DNA of 62,592 nt from Coriobacteriia bacterium (GTDB lineage: Bacteria > Actinomycetota > Coriobacteriia > WRKU01 > WQUG01). The stretch spans positions 1-62,592 of the forward strand of contig WRBW01000002.1 of assembly GCA_009784345.1 (NCBI GenBank), in the 5' to 3' direction. The translations under genes were made by a program, and so were the position numbers. The notes under the pieces are model-generated. The model did no database searches. It was not told the DNA's origin and worked only from the letters and a program-made list of their open reading frames with translations. Of this stretch, positions 17,522 through 27,063 are shown in pieces; the first letter of the stretch is position 1; every line of letters starts with the position of its first letter.

Positions 17522-17812
17522 ATGGAAACAATTCAACCGGTTCAAGCGGTTACGCGCATCAAGGGAACACTCGAAGATATGAGGGGCGACTTTGTTTGCA
17601 TTAAGGCAAACCTTGGTCGATCAAAAATTCTCGAAAGGCACGGCAGAATAGTGCAGGCACATCCTTCACTTTTCGTCCTCGAAGTTCACGAGAAACGTAA
17701 TCGCAAAACGCAAGCATCGTACCAGTATGTCGACGTCTTGACGGGGTCTGTCGAAGTGCTGCATCATGAAACCAAGGAAACGCTTTTCCCCTGGGTAGAA
17801 TTTTTGACCTAG
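17522..17812 (+). CDS. veg: Veg family protein
   Basis: IKGTLEDMRGDFVCIKANLGRSKILERHGRIVQAHPSLFVLEV...SYQYVDVLTGSVEV aligns by eye with B. subtilis Veg. Sits next to ispE, as in Bacillus. Confidence 0.8.
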   Translation: METIQPVQAVTRIKGTLEDMRGDFVCIKANLGRSKILERHGRIVQAHPSLFVLEVHEKRNRKTQASYQYVDVLTGSVEVLHHETKETLFPWVEFLT

Positions 17813-17814
17813 TC

Positions 17815-18654
17815 TTGAAGATTGCGTCTCCTGCAAAAATCAATCTCTCGCTTTCTGTGGGAAGACTCCTCCCGCAAGGCTATCATCGTGTCGACTCCTA
17901 CGTACACCTCATCACTCTTGAAGATACGCTCACGCTGACTCAGGCCGAAGTGTTCAGCTTCAGCTCAAGTACGGATTTAGGTATACCTGACCATAGAAAC
18001 CTTGCCGTGCGAGCCATCAAAGGTATGGCAGACATCTACCATAAAGAACTGCCAAATCTCTGCATCCACCTCGAAAAGAACATCCCCCACGGAGCAGGAC
18101 TCGGCGGGGGCTCTTCAAACGCTGCGGCGGCAATATATGCGATGGCCAGCCTGTGGAAGCTTCCATCAGACGACCCTCGGCACCTCCAGCTTGCGCAAGA
18201 CCTCGGCTCAGACGTGCCGCTTTTTTTGGCGCCGACAACGGCAAGTATCATGACAGGCACGGGTTCGACCCTGAAAGAGTCACGCATGCCCATCCCTGAC
18301 ATGCCGCTCTTGATAGCCATGCCTCCTGGTGCGCACAGTCCAACGGCGCAGGTCTACCAGACTTTTGATCAAAATCCCGTTGATGCCCACGACCTGCAAG
18401 AATGGACGAATAACCTCGAGGCAGCGGCCATTGCCGTTGCTCCTGAAACAGGAAGCCTGCTTGCTTGGCTGCGAGGTCAAAAAGAGGTCGAGATTGCTCA
18501 GGTATCAGGCTCGGGAGCATCATGCTGGGCATCCACTGGCTCAACAGCAGATGCAGAAGACCTGCACCTCCTTGCTCACAAGGCGCGCGAACAAGGCTAC
18601 TTGACCTTCGAGGCCACAACGGCCCAGGTAGGCATCCGCCAGCTTCTGGCCTAA
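17815..18654 (+). CDS. ispE: 4-diphosphocytidyl-2-C-methyl-D-erythritol kinase
   Basis: TTG start. N-terminal PAKINLSL motif and GHMP kinase motif PHGAGLGGGSSNAAA. Confidence 0.9.
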   Translation: MKIASPAKINLSLSVGRLLPQGYHRVDSYVHLITLEDTLTLTQAEVFSFSSSTDLGIPDHRNLAVRAIKGMADIYHKELPNLCIHLEKNIPHGAGLGGGSSNAAAAIYAMASLWKLPSDDPRHLQLAQDLGSDVPLFLAPTTASIMTGTGSTLKESRMPIPDMPLLIAMPPGAHSPTAQVYQTFDQNPVDAHDLQEWTNNLEAAAIAVAPETGSLLAWLRGQKEVEIAQVSGSGASCWASTGSTADAEDLHLLAHKAREQGYLTFEATTAQVGIRQLLA

Positions 18655-18713
18655 ACCTGCGCCAGCAAGAATTCGCCCGTACACGAACCCTTAACAGCCG
18701 TATAATAGTAAAG

Positions 18714-19538
18714 ATGAAAAACAATACAGTGAACGAATCAAGTGCCGTAGATGCCATCATACTTGCAGGTGGAGACGGTAGTGTCATAGATCCAAAAACC
18801 GCCGTCAAGGGCATGGTCGAGGTAGCAGGAAAGCCCATGGTTCAGTGGGTGCTCGAGGCTCTTCGCCAGTCTGTGCACATACGCCACATCGCGGTCGTCT
18901 TACCTCCTGATCAAAATGTCAGTCCCTGGGAAGCACTTGCAGACCACGTTGTCGAAAACGATGGCCAAGTATCGGACAACATTCTGGCTGGCCACCGAGC
19001 TCTCAATTCTGATGGGCTCATCATAAGCGTGACTTCTGATGTTCCGTCGCTCACTCCAGAGGCAATCGATGACTTTATCGAGCGCACCATAGCGCGTGAT
19101 GTACAGCTGTCCTATCCCATGGTGCGCGAGGCGGCCATGCTGGAAGCTTACCCTGGCAGCGAGCGCTCTTTTTTCAAGTTGCGTGAAGGCAAGGTCACGG
19201 GTGGAAACGCCATGATCCTCGATTCAAGGCAGTTCGACCAACTGCGCGAATTGGGTCAGGAAATTTTTGAGGCACGCAAAAACCCCTTGCGTATGGCAAA
19301 CATGGTGGGCCTGCGCTTTGCCGCTAAGCTGGCAACGGGCAAGCTCTCTACCGAAGATATCGAACAGCGCGTCGGCAGCATTATCGGCATGAAGTGTGCA
19401 GCACTGATTGTCGACCACGCAAGCATCGGAGCCGATGTCGATAAGCCTGCAGACGTCCTCGTGGTCGAGGCAAAGCTGACGGCAGAAGGTAGGTTTAACC
19501 CCGGCGGTCTTGCGGAAGAGAACAAGGCGGGGGAGTAA
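18714..19538 (+). CDS. MobA-like NTP-transferase domain protein
   Basis: ATG at 18714 (the longer ORF from 18465 overlaps ispE). N-terminal AIILAGGDGS...K...V.GKPM nucleotidyltransferase signature. Substrate unknown. Confidence 0.55.
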   Translation: MKNNTVNESSAVDAIILAGGDGSVIDPKTAVKGMVEVAGKPMVQWVLEALRQSVHIRHIAVVLPPDQNVSPWEALADHVVENDGQVSDNILAGHRALNSDGLIISVTSDVPSLTPEAIDDFIERTIARDVQLSYPMVREAAMLEAYPGSERSFFKLREGKVTGGNAMILDSRQFDQLRELGQEIFEARKNPLRMANMVGLRFAAKLATGKLSTEDIEQRVGSIIGMKCAALIVDHASIGADVDKPADVLVVEAKLTAEGRFNPGGLAEENKAGE

Positions 19539-19542
19539 GCCC

Positions 19543-20061
19543 ATGGTTGTTGGTTTGGGCGTTGACATCGTCGAAATCGAGCGTATTCGCACAGCCCTCG
19601 AGCGTAGACCGCGCATGAAGCAGCGCCTCTTTTCAGAAGATGAGCAGTGGTATTGCGAGCACAAGGCGCGACCAGAAGTTCACTATGCCCTGCGCTTCGC
19701 GGCAAAAGAGGCGGTTCTCAAGGCCCTCGGCACCGGTTTCTCTGGTATGAATTTCCACGACGTTGAGGTCGTTCGTGACGACAAAGGTCGTCCCTACCCA
19801 AAGCTTGAGGGCAATGCAAAGGCCTATGCTGAACAGATGGGCATCATCGAAATGCATCTGTCACTGTCGTATACCCAGACAACAGCGGTTGCATCTGCTG
19901 TTGCCCTGACCAGTGATGCGCGCCCTGCTCCCAAAGACAAGCCCTCTACGCGTGAAGAGCTTGCTCGTGAATTCAAAGAGCTGCGAGCCATGCTCGATGA
20001 GCTTGACCAGCGCGATATTTCCGAAGAAGGCAGCGAGGAGGACGGCGATGACGAAGCATAG
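19543..20061 (+). CDS. acpS: Holo-ACP synthase with a ~50-aa acidic C-terminal tail
   Basis: MVVGLGVDIVEIERI, FAAKEAVLKALG, SLSYTQ. Tail ...EEGSEEDGDDEA. Confidence 0.85.
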   Translation: MVVGLGVDIVEIERIRTALERRPRMKQRLFSEDEQWYCEHKARPEVHYALRFAAKEAVLKALGTGFSGMNFHDVEVVRDDKGRPYPKLEGNAKAYAEQMGIIEMHLSLSYTQTTAVASAVALTSDARPAPKDKPSTREELAREFKELRAMLDELDQRDISEEGSEEDGDDEA

Positions 20062-21289
20062 ACAGGCCTGGCTTGATATTGATCTTGCGGCAATTAGAGA
20101 CAATGTCGCAGCTTTTCGCAGCTTTCTTGCGGCAGAAAACCGTCGTGCGGCCGCGGCTACAAAACGTGTCATTAAGACTCCCGCCATTATGGCGGTTGTC
20201 AAAGCAGATGCCTACGGACACGGAGCAGCAGCCATTGCTCAGGCTGCAACGAATGCCGGCGCAAGCTGGCTGGGTGTTGCTACGGTAGACGAGGCGCTGT
20301 CACTGCGCGGTGCAGGAATCACCGCCAACATCCTCCTGTTGTCAGAGCCCCCCGAAGAAGCCCTGCCAGAGCTGCTTGAGGCAGCTATTACCTGTACCGT
20401 TGCAAGCACTGATTTCCTGCAAACACTTGCAGGCTATGCCCTGCTGGAGCATCGCGAAATTAGCTATCACTTGAAGGTCGACACCGGCATGCGCCGCATT
20501 GGAATTGCAGCGTCAGATGCGGTCGCAACGATTCGTGACGCTTCCCAGTATCCCCTGCTCAAGATGGGCGGTATCTTTACCCACTTTGCCAATGCAGATG
20601 TCGCCCGCGACTGGGATACCCAGCAACAACTCGAGACCTTTGCGGGTATTATTCGAAGGCTCGACGACCTCGGCTTGCGCCCGCCGCTGGTACATGCCTG
20701 TAACTCAGCAGCAACCCTGCTGCTGCCTGCGGCACACTATGACATGGTACGCATCGGCATTTGCCTCTACGGGCAACACCCCTCTGCCGACACACAGAAC
20801 CTCATCGAGCTGACCCCCGCCATGAGTGTGCGTGCTCAGGCGAGCCTCGTCAAGCCCATCGCCATGGGCGAAGGAGTCGGCTACGGCCTAAGCTGGCAAG
20901 CGCATAAGCCCATGAAGCTCGTGACTTTACCCCTGGGTTATGCAGACGGCATTCCGCGTCTGTGTTCGAACAAGATGAGCATCCTCATCGATAAAAGTGG
21001 TACGCGCATCGAGCAAGTTGGGCGTGTGTGCATGGACATGCTCATGGCTGCAGCAGAAAGTGGTGAAGCTCTTGAGGCAGGCGATGAGTTCGTTTTAATG
21101 GGTGCCCCGCGCAGGCTATCAGAGGCAAGCCAAGTGCGCGAGCTCGTCAAGAAGGCGCGTACTCAGCGCTACGGCAAGCCACAGAACTACATCAGTGCCG
21201 ATGAGCTGGCCCATCATGCACAGACTATCAGTTATGAAATCTTGTGTGGACTGGGCAATAGGCTTGAAAAAGTCTATCGCAATGCCTAG
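20048..21289 (+). CDS. alr: Alanine racemase
   Basis: WLDIDLAAIRDN, PLP-lysine motif AVVKADAYGHGA, C-terminal YEILCGL. The ATG at 20048 overlaps the acpS end. Confidence 0.9.
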   Translation: MTKHRQAWLDIDLAAIRDNVAAFRSFLAAENRRAAAATKRVIKTPAIMAVVKADAYGHGAAAIAQAATNAGASWLGVATVDEALSLRGAGITANILLLSEPPEEALPELLEAAITCTVASTDFLQTLAGYALLEHREISYHLKVDTGMRRIGIAASDAVATIRDASQYPLLKMGGIFTHFANADVARDWDTQQQLETFAGIIRRLDDLGLRPPLVHACNSAATLLLPAAHYDMVRIGICLYGQHPSADTQNLIELTPAMSVRAQASLVKPIAMGEGVGYGLSWQAHKPMKLVTLPLGYADGIPRLCSNKMSILIDKSGTRIEQVGRVCMDMLMAAAESGEALEAGDEFVLMGAPRRLSEASQVRELVKKARTQRYGKPQNYISADELAHHAQTISYEILCGLGNRLEKVYRNA

Positions 21290-21932
21290 TCAGCACCACA
21301 TGGTGCCCGAAAGCGGCAAGACGGTAAAGGGTATGGACCCTCTCCGCCACCTTGGTGAAGGGGCCCGTGATTGCCAGGCTTGTGACTTAAGTCTGACGCG
21401 CACGCAGGTCGTCTGGGGGCAAGGTCCAGGCAATGCCGCAGTCATGATAGTAGGCGAGGCTCCTGGCAAGCAAGAGGATCTGGGTGGGCAGCCCTTCAGT
21501 GGTGCGGCTGGCACGGTTCTTGACGAGTTTTTGGATGCGGCGGGTTTGCCGCGCGAAGAGGTCTTTATTACCAATGTGGTCAAGTGTCGGCCGCCCCAGA
21601 ACCGCAATCCGCACAAGAGTGAAATCAGGGCCTGTCGCCCTTTTTTGCAGCAGCAACTTGAACTAATAGAGCCGCGTTTGGTGATAAGTTTGGGCAACTA
21701 TGCAACCCGCGAGCTCATGGGACTTGGTGACGGGATTAGCGAGCTGCAGGGTCAGGTAATGCCCTTGCAGGTGGGAGGCTATCGCGGGAGTGTATTGCCG
21801 CTCTATCATCCTGCTGCTACCCTGTATGACCGTAGCAAGAGAAAACCCTTTTTGGACGCAGCCATGGTGTTGCGTCTGTACCTGGCCGGCAGTGATGCCC
21901 GTGCCTCAGAGACAAGAAACGACCTAGAGTGA
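21282..21932 (+). CDS. Uracil-DNA glycosylase, family 4
   Basis: CQACDL Fe-S cysteines, motif A GEAPGKQED, PFSGAAG, motif B LYHPAA. Start uncertain (21282, 21300 or 21333). Confidence 0.85.
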   Translation: MPSQHHMVPESGKTVKGMDPLRHLGEGARDCQACDLSLTRTQVVWGQGPGNAAVMIVGEAPGKQEDLGGQPFSGAAGTVLDEFLDAAGLPREEVFITNVVKCRPPQNRNPHKSEIRACRPFLQQQLELIEPRLVISLGNYATRELMGLGDGISELQGQVMPLQVGGYRGSVLPLYHPAATLYDRSKRKPFLDAAMVLRLYLAGSDARASETRNDLE

Positions 21933-21943
21933 GGAAAGCGTCC

Positions 21944-22483
21944 ATGAAGCAGCAGGTATTAACATCGCTTGACCTAGTCCAGCTGACCGCCGTTGGTAAG
22001 TGCATGGGGCAGCACCTTCAGACCGGTACCATCGTCGTGCTCAGCGGTGACTTGGGCACGGGAAAGACGCAGATCAGTTCTGCGGTGGCGCGCGGCCTAG
22101 GGATTCGTGATGCCATCACCAGTCCTACCTTTGCCATTATGAAGCAGTACCTGCGGGGCAGAGTTCCCTTCAATCACCTAGACCTCTATCGCCTCGAGAC
22201 CCCCTATGAGCTTGATGACTTGAACTTTTGGGATCTCGTAGAGCGCGACCACAGCAGCGTCACCCTGATTGAATGGGGCGAAATCTTTGATGCGGTACTG
22301 CGCGTCAGCGATTTGCAGATAAAGCTTGAAGTTGAAAGCGAGTCTTTACGCAAGCTCACAGCGATTGCTCTGAGTCCGCGCGGTGAAGCCCTGCTGGCGA
22401 GCTGCTTTGGCCCGGATGACGATGGCGCGTCAGATGAGTCAGCTGCGTTAGCTTCAGCGGAACTGACCACAGAGGAGGCCTAA
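21944..22483 (+). CDS. tsaE: tRNA t6A37 biosynthesis protein TsaE
   Basis: P-loop GDLGTGKTQ, SPTFAIM, HLDLYRL. ATG is preceded by GAGGAAAGCGTCC. Confidence 0.85.
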   Translation: MKQQVLTSLDLVQLTAVGKCMGQHLQTGTIVVLSGDLGTGKTQISSAVARGLGIRDAITSPTFAIMKQYLRGRVPFNHLDLYRLETPYELDDLNFWDLVERDHSSVTLIEWGEIFDAVLRVSDLQIKLEVESESLRKLTAIALSPRGEALLASCFGPDDDGASDESAALASAELTTEEA

Positions 22484-24136
22484 ATGTCACAATACCTGCT
22501 GTGTTTTGACACTTCGACCGATGAAATAATTATCAGTGTTGCCCGTATCGACGCCGACGACCAGCAGCTCCACAGCGTGTTCGAGCGCAGCTACAAGGCC
22601 CCGCGAGCAGCCAACACCCAGCTGCTGGACCGCGTGGACGCAGCGCTGAACCAGGCGGGTGTTGCACGCAAGGAGCTCTCTGCAATTGCGGTCGGGACGA
22701 CTCTGGGCTCCTATACCGGCGTGCGCATCGGTATCGCGTGCGCCAAGGGCATCGCCCAGGGACTTGCCATCCCTCTGTACGGTTTGGACGTCGTGGAAGA
22801 GAAGCTCGTTGACCCAAACCACCTGCTCGACCTTTTCTGCGAGGCCTATTCGACTCAGAGTGGTGACCCGAGCAGCGTTTTACCGCACTACACCATGCTG
22901 TCTTATGCAGAAGAGGCTGAACGTAAAGAGCACCCCGCTCGCTACGATCGTGAAGCGCAGCAGCTGGCTGCGCAGACCGTGCAGCCTCAGACCTATGGTG
23001 CAAAAAGCTATCGGCATCTCATCAGGCCCCTTGAACCTCTGGTCATTGACCGAAATGCGCCTTCTGCACCAAAGGCATCCCTGCTTTTAGGGATTGAGAC
23101 CTCTTGTGATGAAACAGCGGCAGCGGTCATGAAGGGCACACGCCTGCTGTCAAACATTGTGGCATCGCAGACGCAGTTTCATGCCCGCTTTGGTGGCGTC
23201 GTGCCAGAGATAGCCAGCCGCAAGCACAGCGAGGCTATCGTTGCCACGGTCGAACGTGCCATGGATGACGCCGGGGTAAGCCTTTCTGATCTCAGCGGAA
23301 TAGCCGTTACGGATTGTCCAGGCCTTATTGGAGCCCTGGTTGTGGGTCAGGCTTATGCAAAGGGTCTCGCCTGGGCATTGCAGATTCCGCTTTATGGCAT
23401 AAATCACCTCGAGGGTCATCTTTATGCGGTGGCCATTGACGACGGGACTGATGAGGGTCTACCTGAACTGCCGAGCCCGCATGTGGCGCTCATTGTATCG
23501 GGAGGACATACCGCACTGGTCTACAGTGCGCGGCCGCATCACTATGAAACTTTGGGTGAAACCCTTGATGATGCAGCTGGCGAAGCCTTTGACAAGGTGG
23601 CAAAGGTGTTAGGGCTGGGCTATCCAGGCGGACCCATCCTTTCAAAGCTCGCGGCTCAAGGCGACCCTGCAGCCATTGATTTTCCCCGCGCCATGCTGCA
23701 CAGCAAGGACTATGCGTTCTCGCTTTCGGGACTCAAGACAGCGGTCATCACCTACATTCGCGACACAGAGGCAAGAGGCGATGCGGTCAATATTCCCAAT
23801 GTAGCTGCGTCATTTCAGCAGGCTGTCGTCGATGTGCAGGTGGCAAAGGCCGTGCGCGCTGTAAAGGAAAAAGGTGTGAAAGACTTTGTTATGGCCGGCG
23901 GCGTTGCAGCTAATCCGCTTTTGCGCGATTCGCTTATTTCCGCCCTGGGCAAACAAGGGGTGAGGGTGCACATCCCGCCTCTGAGGTACTGCGGGGACAA
24001 TGCTGCCATGATTGTGCGGGTAGCCGTCGCACGCCTGCAAGCAGGAGAGATAGTGGCCTGCGAACTAAGTGCCGATTGTAGTTCAAGCGCAGATCTGAGC
24101 ACATCAGATACTGCAACTCAGTGTCGCAACACCTAA
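22484..24136 (+). CDS. tsaD: Fused TsaB-TsaD protein (t6A37 threonylcarbamoyl transfer)
   Basis: The N-terminal ~150 aa are TsaB-like (LLCFDTSTD, GSYTGVRIG, LPHYTMLSYAE). The C-terminal ~345 aa are TsaD/Kae1 (GIETSCDETAAAV, INHLEGHL, VSGGHT, AAGEAFDKVAK, GGVAAN). One uninterrupted 550-aa frame. Confidence 0.85.
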   Translation: MSQYLLCFDTSTDEIIISVARIDADDQQLHSVFERSYKAPRAANTQLLDRVDAALNQAGVARKELSAIAVGTTLGSYTGVRIGIACAKGIAQGLAIPLYGLDVVEEKLVDPNHLLDLFCEAYSTQSGDPSSVLPHYTMLSYAEEAERKEHPARYDREAQQLAAQTVQPQTYGAKSYRHLIRPLEPLVIDRNAPSAPKASLLLGIETSCDETAAAVMKGTRLLSNIVASQTQFHARFGGVVPEIASRKHSEAIVATVERAMDDAGVSLSDLSGIAVTDCPGLIGALVVGQAYAKGLAWALQIPLYGINHLEGHLYAVAIDDGTDEGLPELPSPHVALIVSGGHTALVYSARPHHYETLGETLDDAAGEAFDKVAKVLGLGYPGGPILSKLAAQGDPAAIDFPRAMLHSKDYAFSLSGLKTAVITYIRDTEARGDAVNIPNVAASFQQAVVDVQVAKAVRAVKEKGVKDFVMAGGVAANPLLRDSLISALGKQGVRVHIPPLRYCGDNAAMIVRVAVARLQAGEIVACELSADCSSSADLSTSDTATQCRNT

Positions 24137-24190
24137 CCTGAATCGACACGTATCATATACGCTTACGATTCAGAACAGGTGTTGCTCCTT

Positions 24191-24256
24191 GATTTGCAGC
24201 ATCTGAAGCACTCAGCGAGCACTCAGTGAGCACACAGTGATTTGCAGCATCTGAAG
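24191..24256. repeat. 18-nt direct repeat pair upstream of punA
   Basis: GATTTGCAGCATCTGAAG at 24191-24208 and 24239-24256. Tandem GCACTCAG(C/T)GA 11-mers lie between the two copies. Confidence 0.8.
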
Positions 24257-24304
24257 TTGTTAGGGAAAATAGAATAGTTACCGCCAATTTGAAAGGAACA
24301 CAAG

Positions 24305-25138
24305 ATGGACGTACTCGGCAAACTAAAGCTCGTTGAATCAGAACTCGCCTCAATACTTCAGAAAAACGGCATCACGATGCCTAAAACTGCCATTGTTTTG
24401 GGCAGTGGCTTGGGGGATGTGGCTGACGCCATTGTGGAGCCCTTTGTGGTCTCCTATGGTGACCTGGCCGATTTCCCGGTGTCGACGGCGCCTGGCCATA
24501 AGGGCCGTTTCGTTTTTGGCAAACTGGGGGATACGCCCGTTGTTATTATGCAGGGCCGCGTTCATTACTACGAGGGCTATCCCATGAGCGATGTCGTGTT
24601 GCCCGTACGGGTGCTGGCGCTTTCAGGCGTTGAGAATTTTGTGCTGACAAATGCCGCAGGTGGCCTGCAGGACGGCATGCAGATTGGCGACCTCATGATG
24701 ATTACCGATCATATTTCGACCTTCGTACCTTCGCCTCTGATAGGTCCCAATGTTGACGAGCTGGGGCTACGTTTTCCTGACATGACCCACGTATACGATG
24801 TCGAATACCAGGATATTTTGCGCGCAGCGGCTGAAAAGACCGACCAAAAGCTGCTTGAAGGCATTTACGCACAGTTCACGGGGCCTCATTTCGAGACACC
24901 GACTGAAATTAGACTCTTTGGTAAGCTCGGTGTTGACGTTGTTGGTATGAGTACGGTCGTCGAGGCTATCGCCCTGCGTCACATGGGCAAGCGCGTGGCG
25001 GGCGTGAGTCTGGTCAGCAATATCGCGGCTGGCATGAGTGATGAACTGCTGTGCGGCGACGACGTCATCGATTCGGGCCTCATTGCAGGACCGCGCATGA
25101 CCGCGCTTTTGACAGAAGCTGTCACCCACTTTGCCTAA
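24305..25138 (+). CDS. punA: Purine nucleoside phosphorylase (PunA/trimeric type)
   Basis: AIVLGSGLG, STAPGHKGRFVFG, MQGRVHYYEG, GMSTVVEA. Confidence 0.85.
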   Translation: MDVLGKLKLVESELASILQKNGITMPKTAIVLGSGLGDVADAIVEPFVVSYGDLADFPVSTAPGHKGRFVFGKLGDTPVVIMQGRVHYYEGYPMSDVVLPVRVLALSGVENFVLTNAAGGLQDGMQIGDLMMITDHISTFVPSPLIGPNVDELGLRFPDMTHVYDVEYQDILRAAAEKTDQKLLEGIYAQFTGPHFETPTEIRLFGKLGVDVVGMSTVVEAIALRHMGKRVAGVSLVSNIAAGMSDELLCGDDVIDSGLIAGPRMTALLTEAVTHFA

Positions 25139-25148
25139 GGGAGTTTTC

Positions 25149-26159
25149 ATGAAAGCAATCAGATACGACGGCACGCAGGCGCGCTTTAGCGCAGACGCCC
25201 CTCAGCCCACGCCCCTATCGGGCGAGGCCTTGATTCGCGTTGAGCTTGCCGCCCTGTGCAATACTGACCGCGAAATCATGGCGGGCTACGTGCCCCACTA
25301 CAACAACATCATGGGTCACGAGTTCGTGGGCACCGTCGTTTCCATCGAGCAAGACGCAAGCACCACCCCGGCTGATCTGGCACTGGTGGGCAAGCGCGTG
25401 GTCGGCGAAATCAACCTGAACTGCAATCGTATGGACTGCCCCATGTGCAGCATCGGCCGGACCTCACAATGTCCACAACGCACGGTGCTCGGCATTCACG
25501 ACAAAGACGGCTGCTTTGCAGACTACATTACTCTGCCAACACGCCTCTTGCACGCCGTTCCTGACAGCTTGCCCAGCACGCAAGCCGTTTTCGCAGAACC
25601 GCTGGCTGCTGCCCTGCGCATCACGGAGGTCACGCATATCTCGCCCGACCGCCCCGTGGCACTGCTGGGCGACGGACGCCTTGCTTACATGAGTGGGCAG
25701 GTCCTCGCCCTGACAGGTGCACCCCTGACGGTCTTTGGTCTCTCAGAAGAAAAGCTCAAAATGTTTGAACCCTTTGCTGCAGGCACGCGCCTGCTGGGGC
25801 AGTCGACGCAGCCAGACTCAAGCCCTGTGGCGGAGTCTGACCAGCAATCCTATGAAGTTGTCGTTGATGCTACGGGTCACCCCTCGGGACTTTCGACAGC
25901 CCTCGCGCTGACACGCAGCGGGGGAACGCTGATTATGAAATCGACCTATGCCTCAAATGTTGAGATCAACATGAGTGAAGTCGTTGTGCGCGAGATTAGC
26001 ATTCGCGGCAGTCGCTGCGGCCCCTTTGCGCCAGCGCTGCGCTACCTTGATCGCGGTCTCGTCAAGCTACCAGAAATCGAAATCCACCAGCCAGCACAGT
26101 TCGAGGCGGCCTTTGCATCGCATGCCTTCAAGGTCGCGTTGGACTTTTCTGGGGACTAA
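25149..26159 (+). CDS. Zinc-dependent alcohol dehydrogenase (MDR family)
   Basis: CNTD...GHEFVGTVV catalytic zinc motif. Structural-zinc cysteines CNRMDCPMCSIGRTSQC. Confidence 0.75.
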   Translation: MKAIRYDGTQARFSADAPQPTPLSGEALIRVELAALCNTDREIMAGYVPHYNNIMGHEFVGTVVSIEQDASTTPADLALVGKRVVGEINLNCNRMDCPMCSIGRTSQCPQRTVLGIHDKDGCFADYITLPTRLLHAVPDSLPSTQAVFAEPLAAALRITEVTHISPDRPVALLGDGRLAYMSGQVLALTGAPLTVFGLSEEKLKMFEPFAAGTRLLGQSTQPDSSPVAESDQQSYEVVVDATGHPSGLSTALALTRSGGTLIMKSTYASNVEINMSEVVVREISIRGSRCGPFAPALRYLDRGLVKLPEIEIHQPAQFEAAFASHAFKVALDFSGD

Positions 26160-26202
26160 GGTAGACTAACAGGGTCGATTAAACTCAAGCAAAGGGATTT
26201 CC

Positions 26203-26961
26203 ATGCTCAAAAAGCCATTTCTGTTTCTGCTCGCCACCTTGATGTGCCTTAGTCTAGCCACTGCCTTGACGGGCTGCACCAAAGAAGGCGACACCGTTGG
26301 TAACATCATTGATAAGACCATGTGGAATCTGGGTGGCTATCCCAGTCAACAGGAAATTCGCGATCATCTCGAAGCAAAATACGGTGAGCCCTTTGATATT
26401 CAACTTCTGAACTCTGGTTCGCGCTTTTTTCAGGGTGCAGCCTTTCCTGTTTCTGACCCCAGCCTCGTCTTCAATCTAGAGATGCATGACAATGATGGTA
26501 ACCCTCTGCCCATTGACCAGGTGCGCGATGACTTTCAGGCACGTCTTGCAGAGCGTATGATTGCGCAGCGCGCCGAGCCCATCCTCGTCAAATGGTTTGG
26601 GGATTACGAAATAGCAGAATTCCGCGTCGAGGTAAGTATCTTTGACAGCAGCGATGATGTTGACTGGCATCTCGCACCCAGCTTCGACTGGCTGCCCTCT
26701 AACGGGCTTGAGGCACTAGCTGCACAGCAAGACATCAGCATCGATGTCACGCTTCATCTGACTATTGAAGACAAAGAAGTGCTTAATATGATGACGCAGT
26801 CCGATTATCAGCTCATGGCAGAAGAAATCGTCGAGCAAGGAGATGTACCATTAAGTGCGAACCTGGTGATTACTGCTGCAGATGGGGGAGAGAGTGCGCC
26901 CATTGATGTCGTCTGGACCGTCGCTGACGGCGAAGTCACAGCCGTCACTGTCAGCCAGTAA
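26203..26961 (+). CDS. Lipoprotein of unknown function
   Basis: Signal peptide with lipobox LTGC. No recognisable domain. Confidence 0.55.
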   Translation: MLKKPFLFLLATLMCLSLATALTGCTKEGDTVGNIIDKTMWNLGGYPSQQEIRDHLEAKYGEPFDIQLLNSGSRFFQGAAFPVSDPSLVFNLEMHDNDGNPLPIDQVRDDFQARLAERMIAQRAEPILVKWFGDYEIAEFRVEVSIFDSSDDVDWHLAPSFDWLPSNGLEALAAQQDISIDVTLHLTIEDKEVLNMMTQSDYQLMAEEIVEQGDVPLSANLVITAADGGESAPIDVVWTVADGEVTAVTVSQ

Positions 26962-26980
26962 CGATTGAGAGCTCAGCGTT

Positions 26981-27052
26981 TGCCATTCATCGCGTCCTCG
27001 CGCGCATGGCTTACGCCATTATGTGTGCGCTGCGGAGTGCTCTGAATTGGCA
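26981..27052. repeat. Intergenic repeat family, copy A
   Basis: The 59-nt core at 26987-27045 matches copy B in 51 of 59 positions. It is flanked by imperfect inverted arms TGCCATTCA / TGAATTGGCA. Lies between two convergent genes. Confidence 0.8.
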
Positions 27053-27063
27053 TACACCTCACA

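Noticed and set aside
24301-24315. ATGGACGTACTCGG at the punA start and GAGGAAAGCGTCCATG at the tsaE start as further copies of the 12-mer
   Set aside because: Each has two or more mismatches. The resemblance is explained by similar N-terminal codons (MD[AV]L) or a generic RBS-spacer-ATG context. They are not counted as motif copies.
26975-27062. 26-aa minus-strand mini-ORF (MPIQSTPQRTHNGVSHAREDAMNGKR) inside repeat copy A, and a 23-aa ORF after the 12-mer in copy C
   Set aside because: Differences between copies A and B are almost all non-synonymous in every frame. Copy B has no equivalent start, so coding conservation is not supported.
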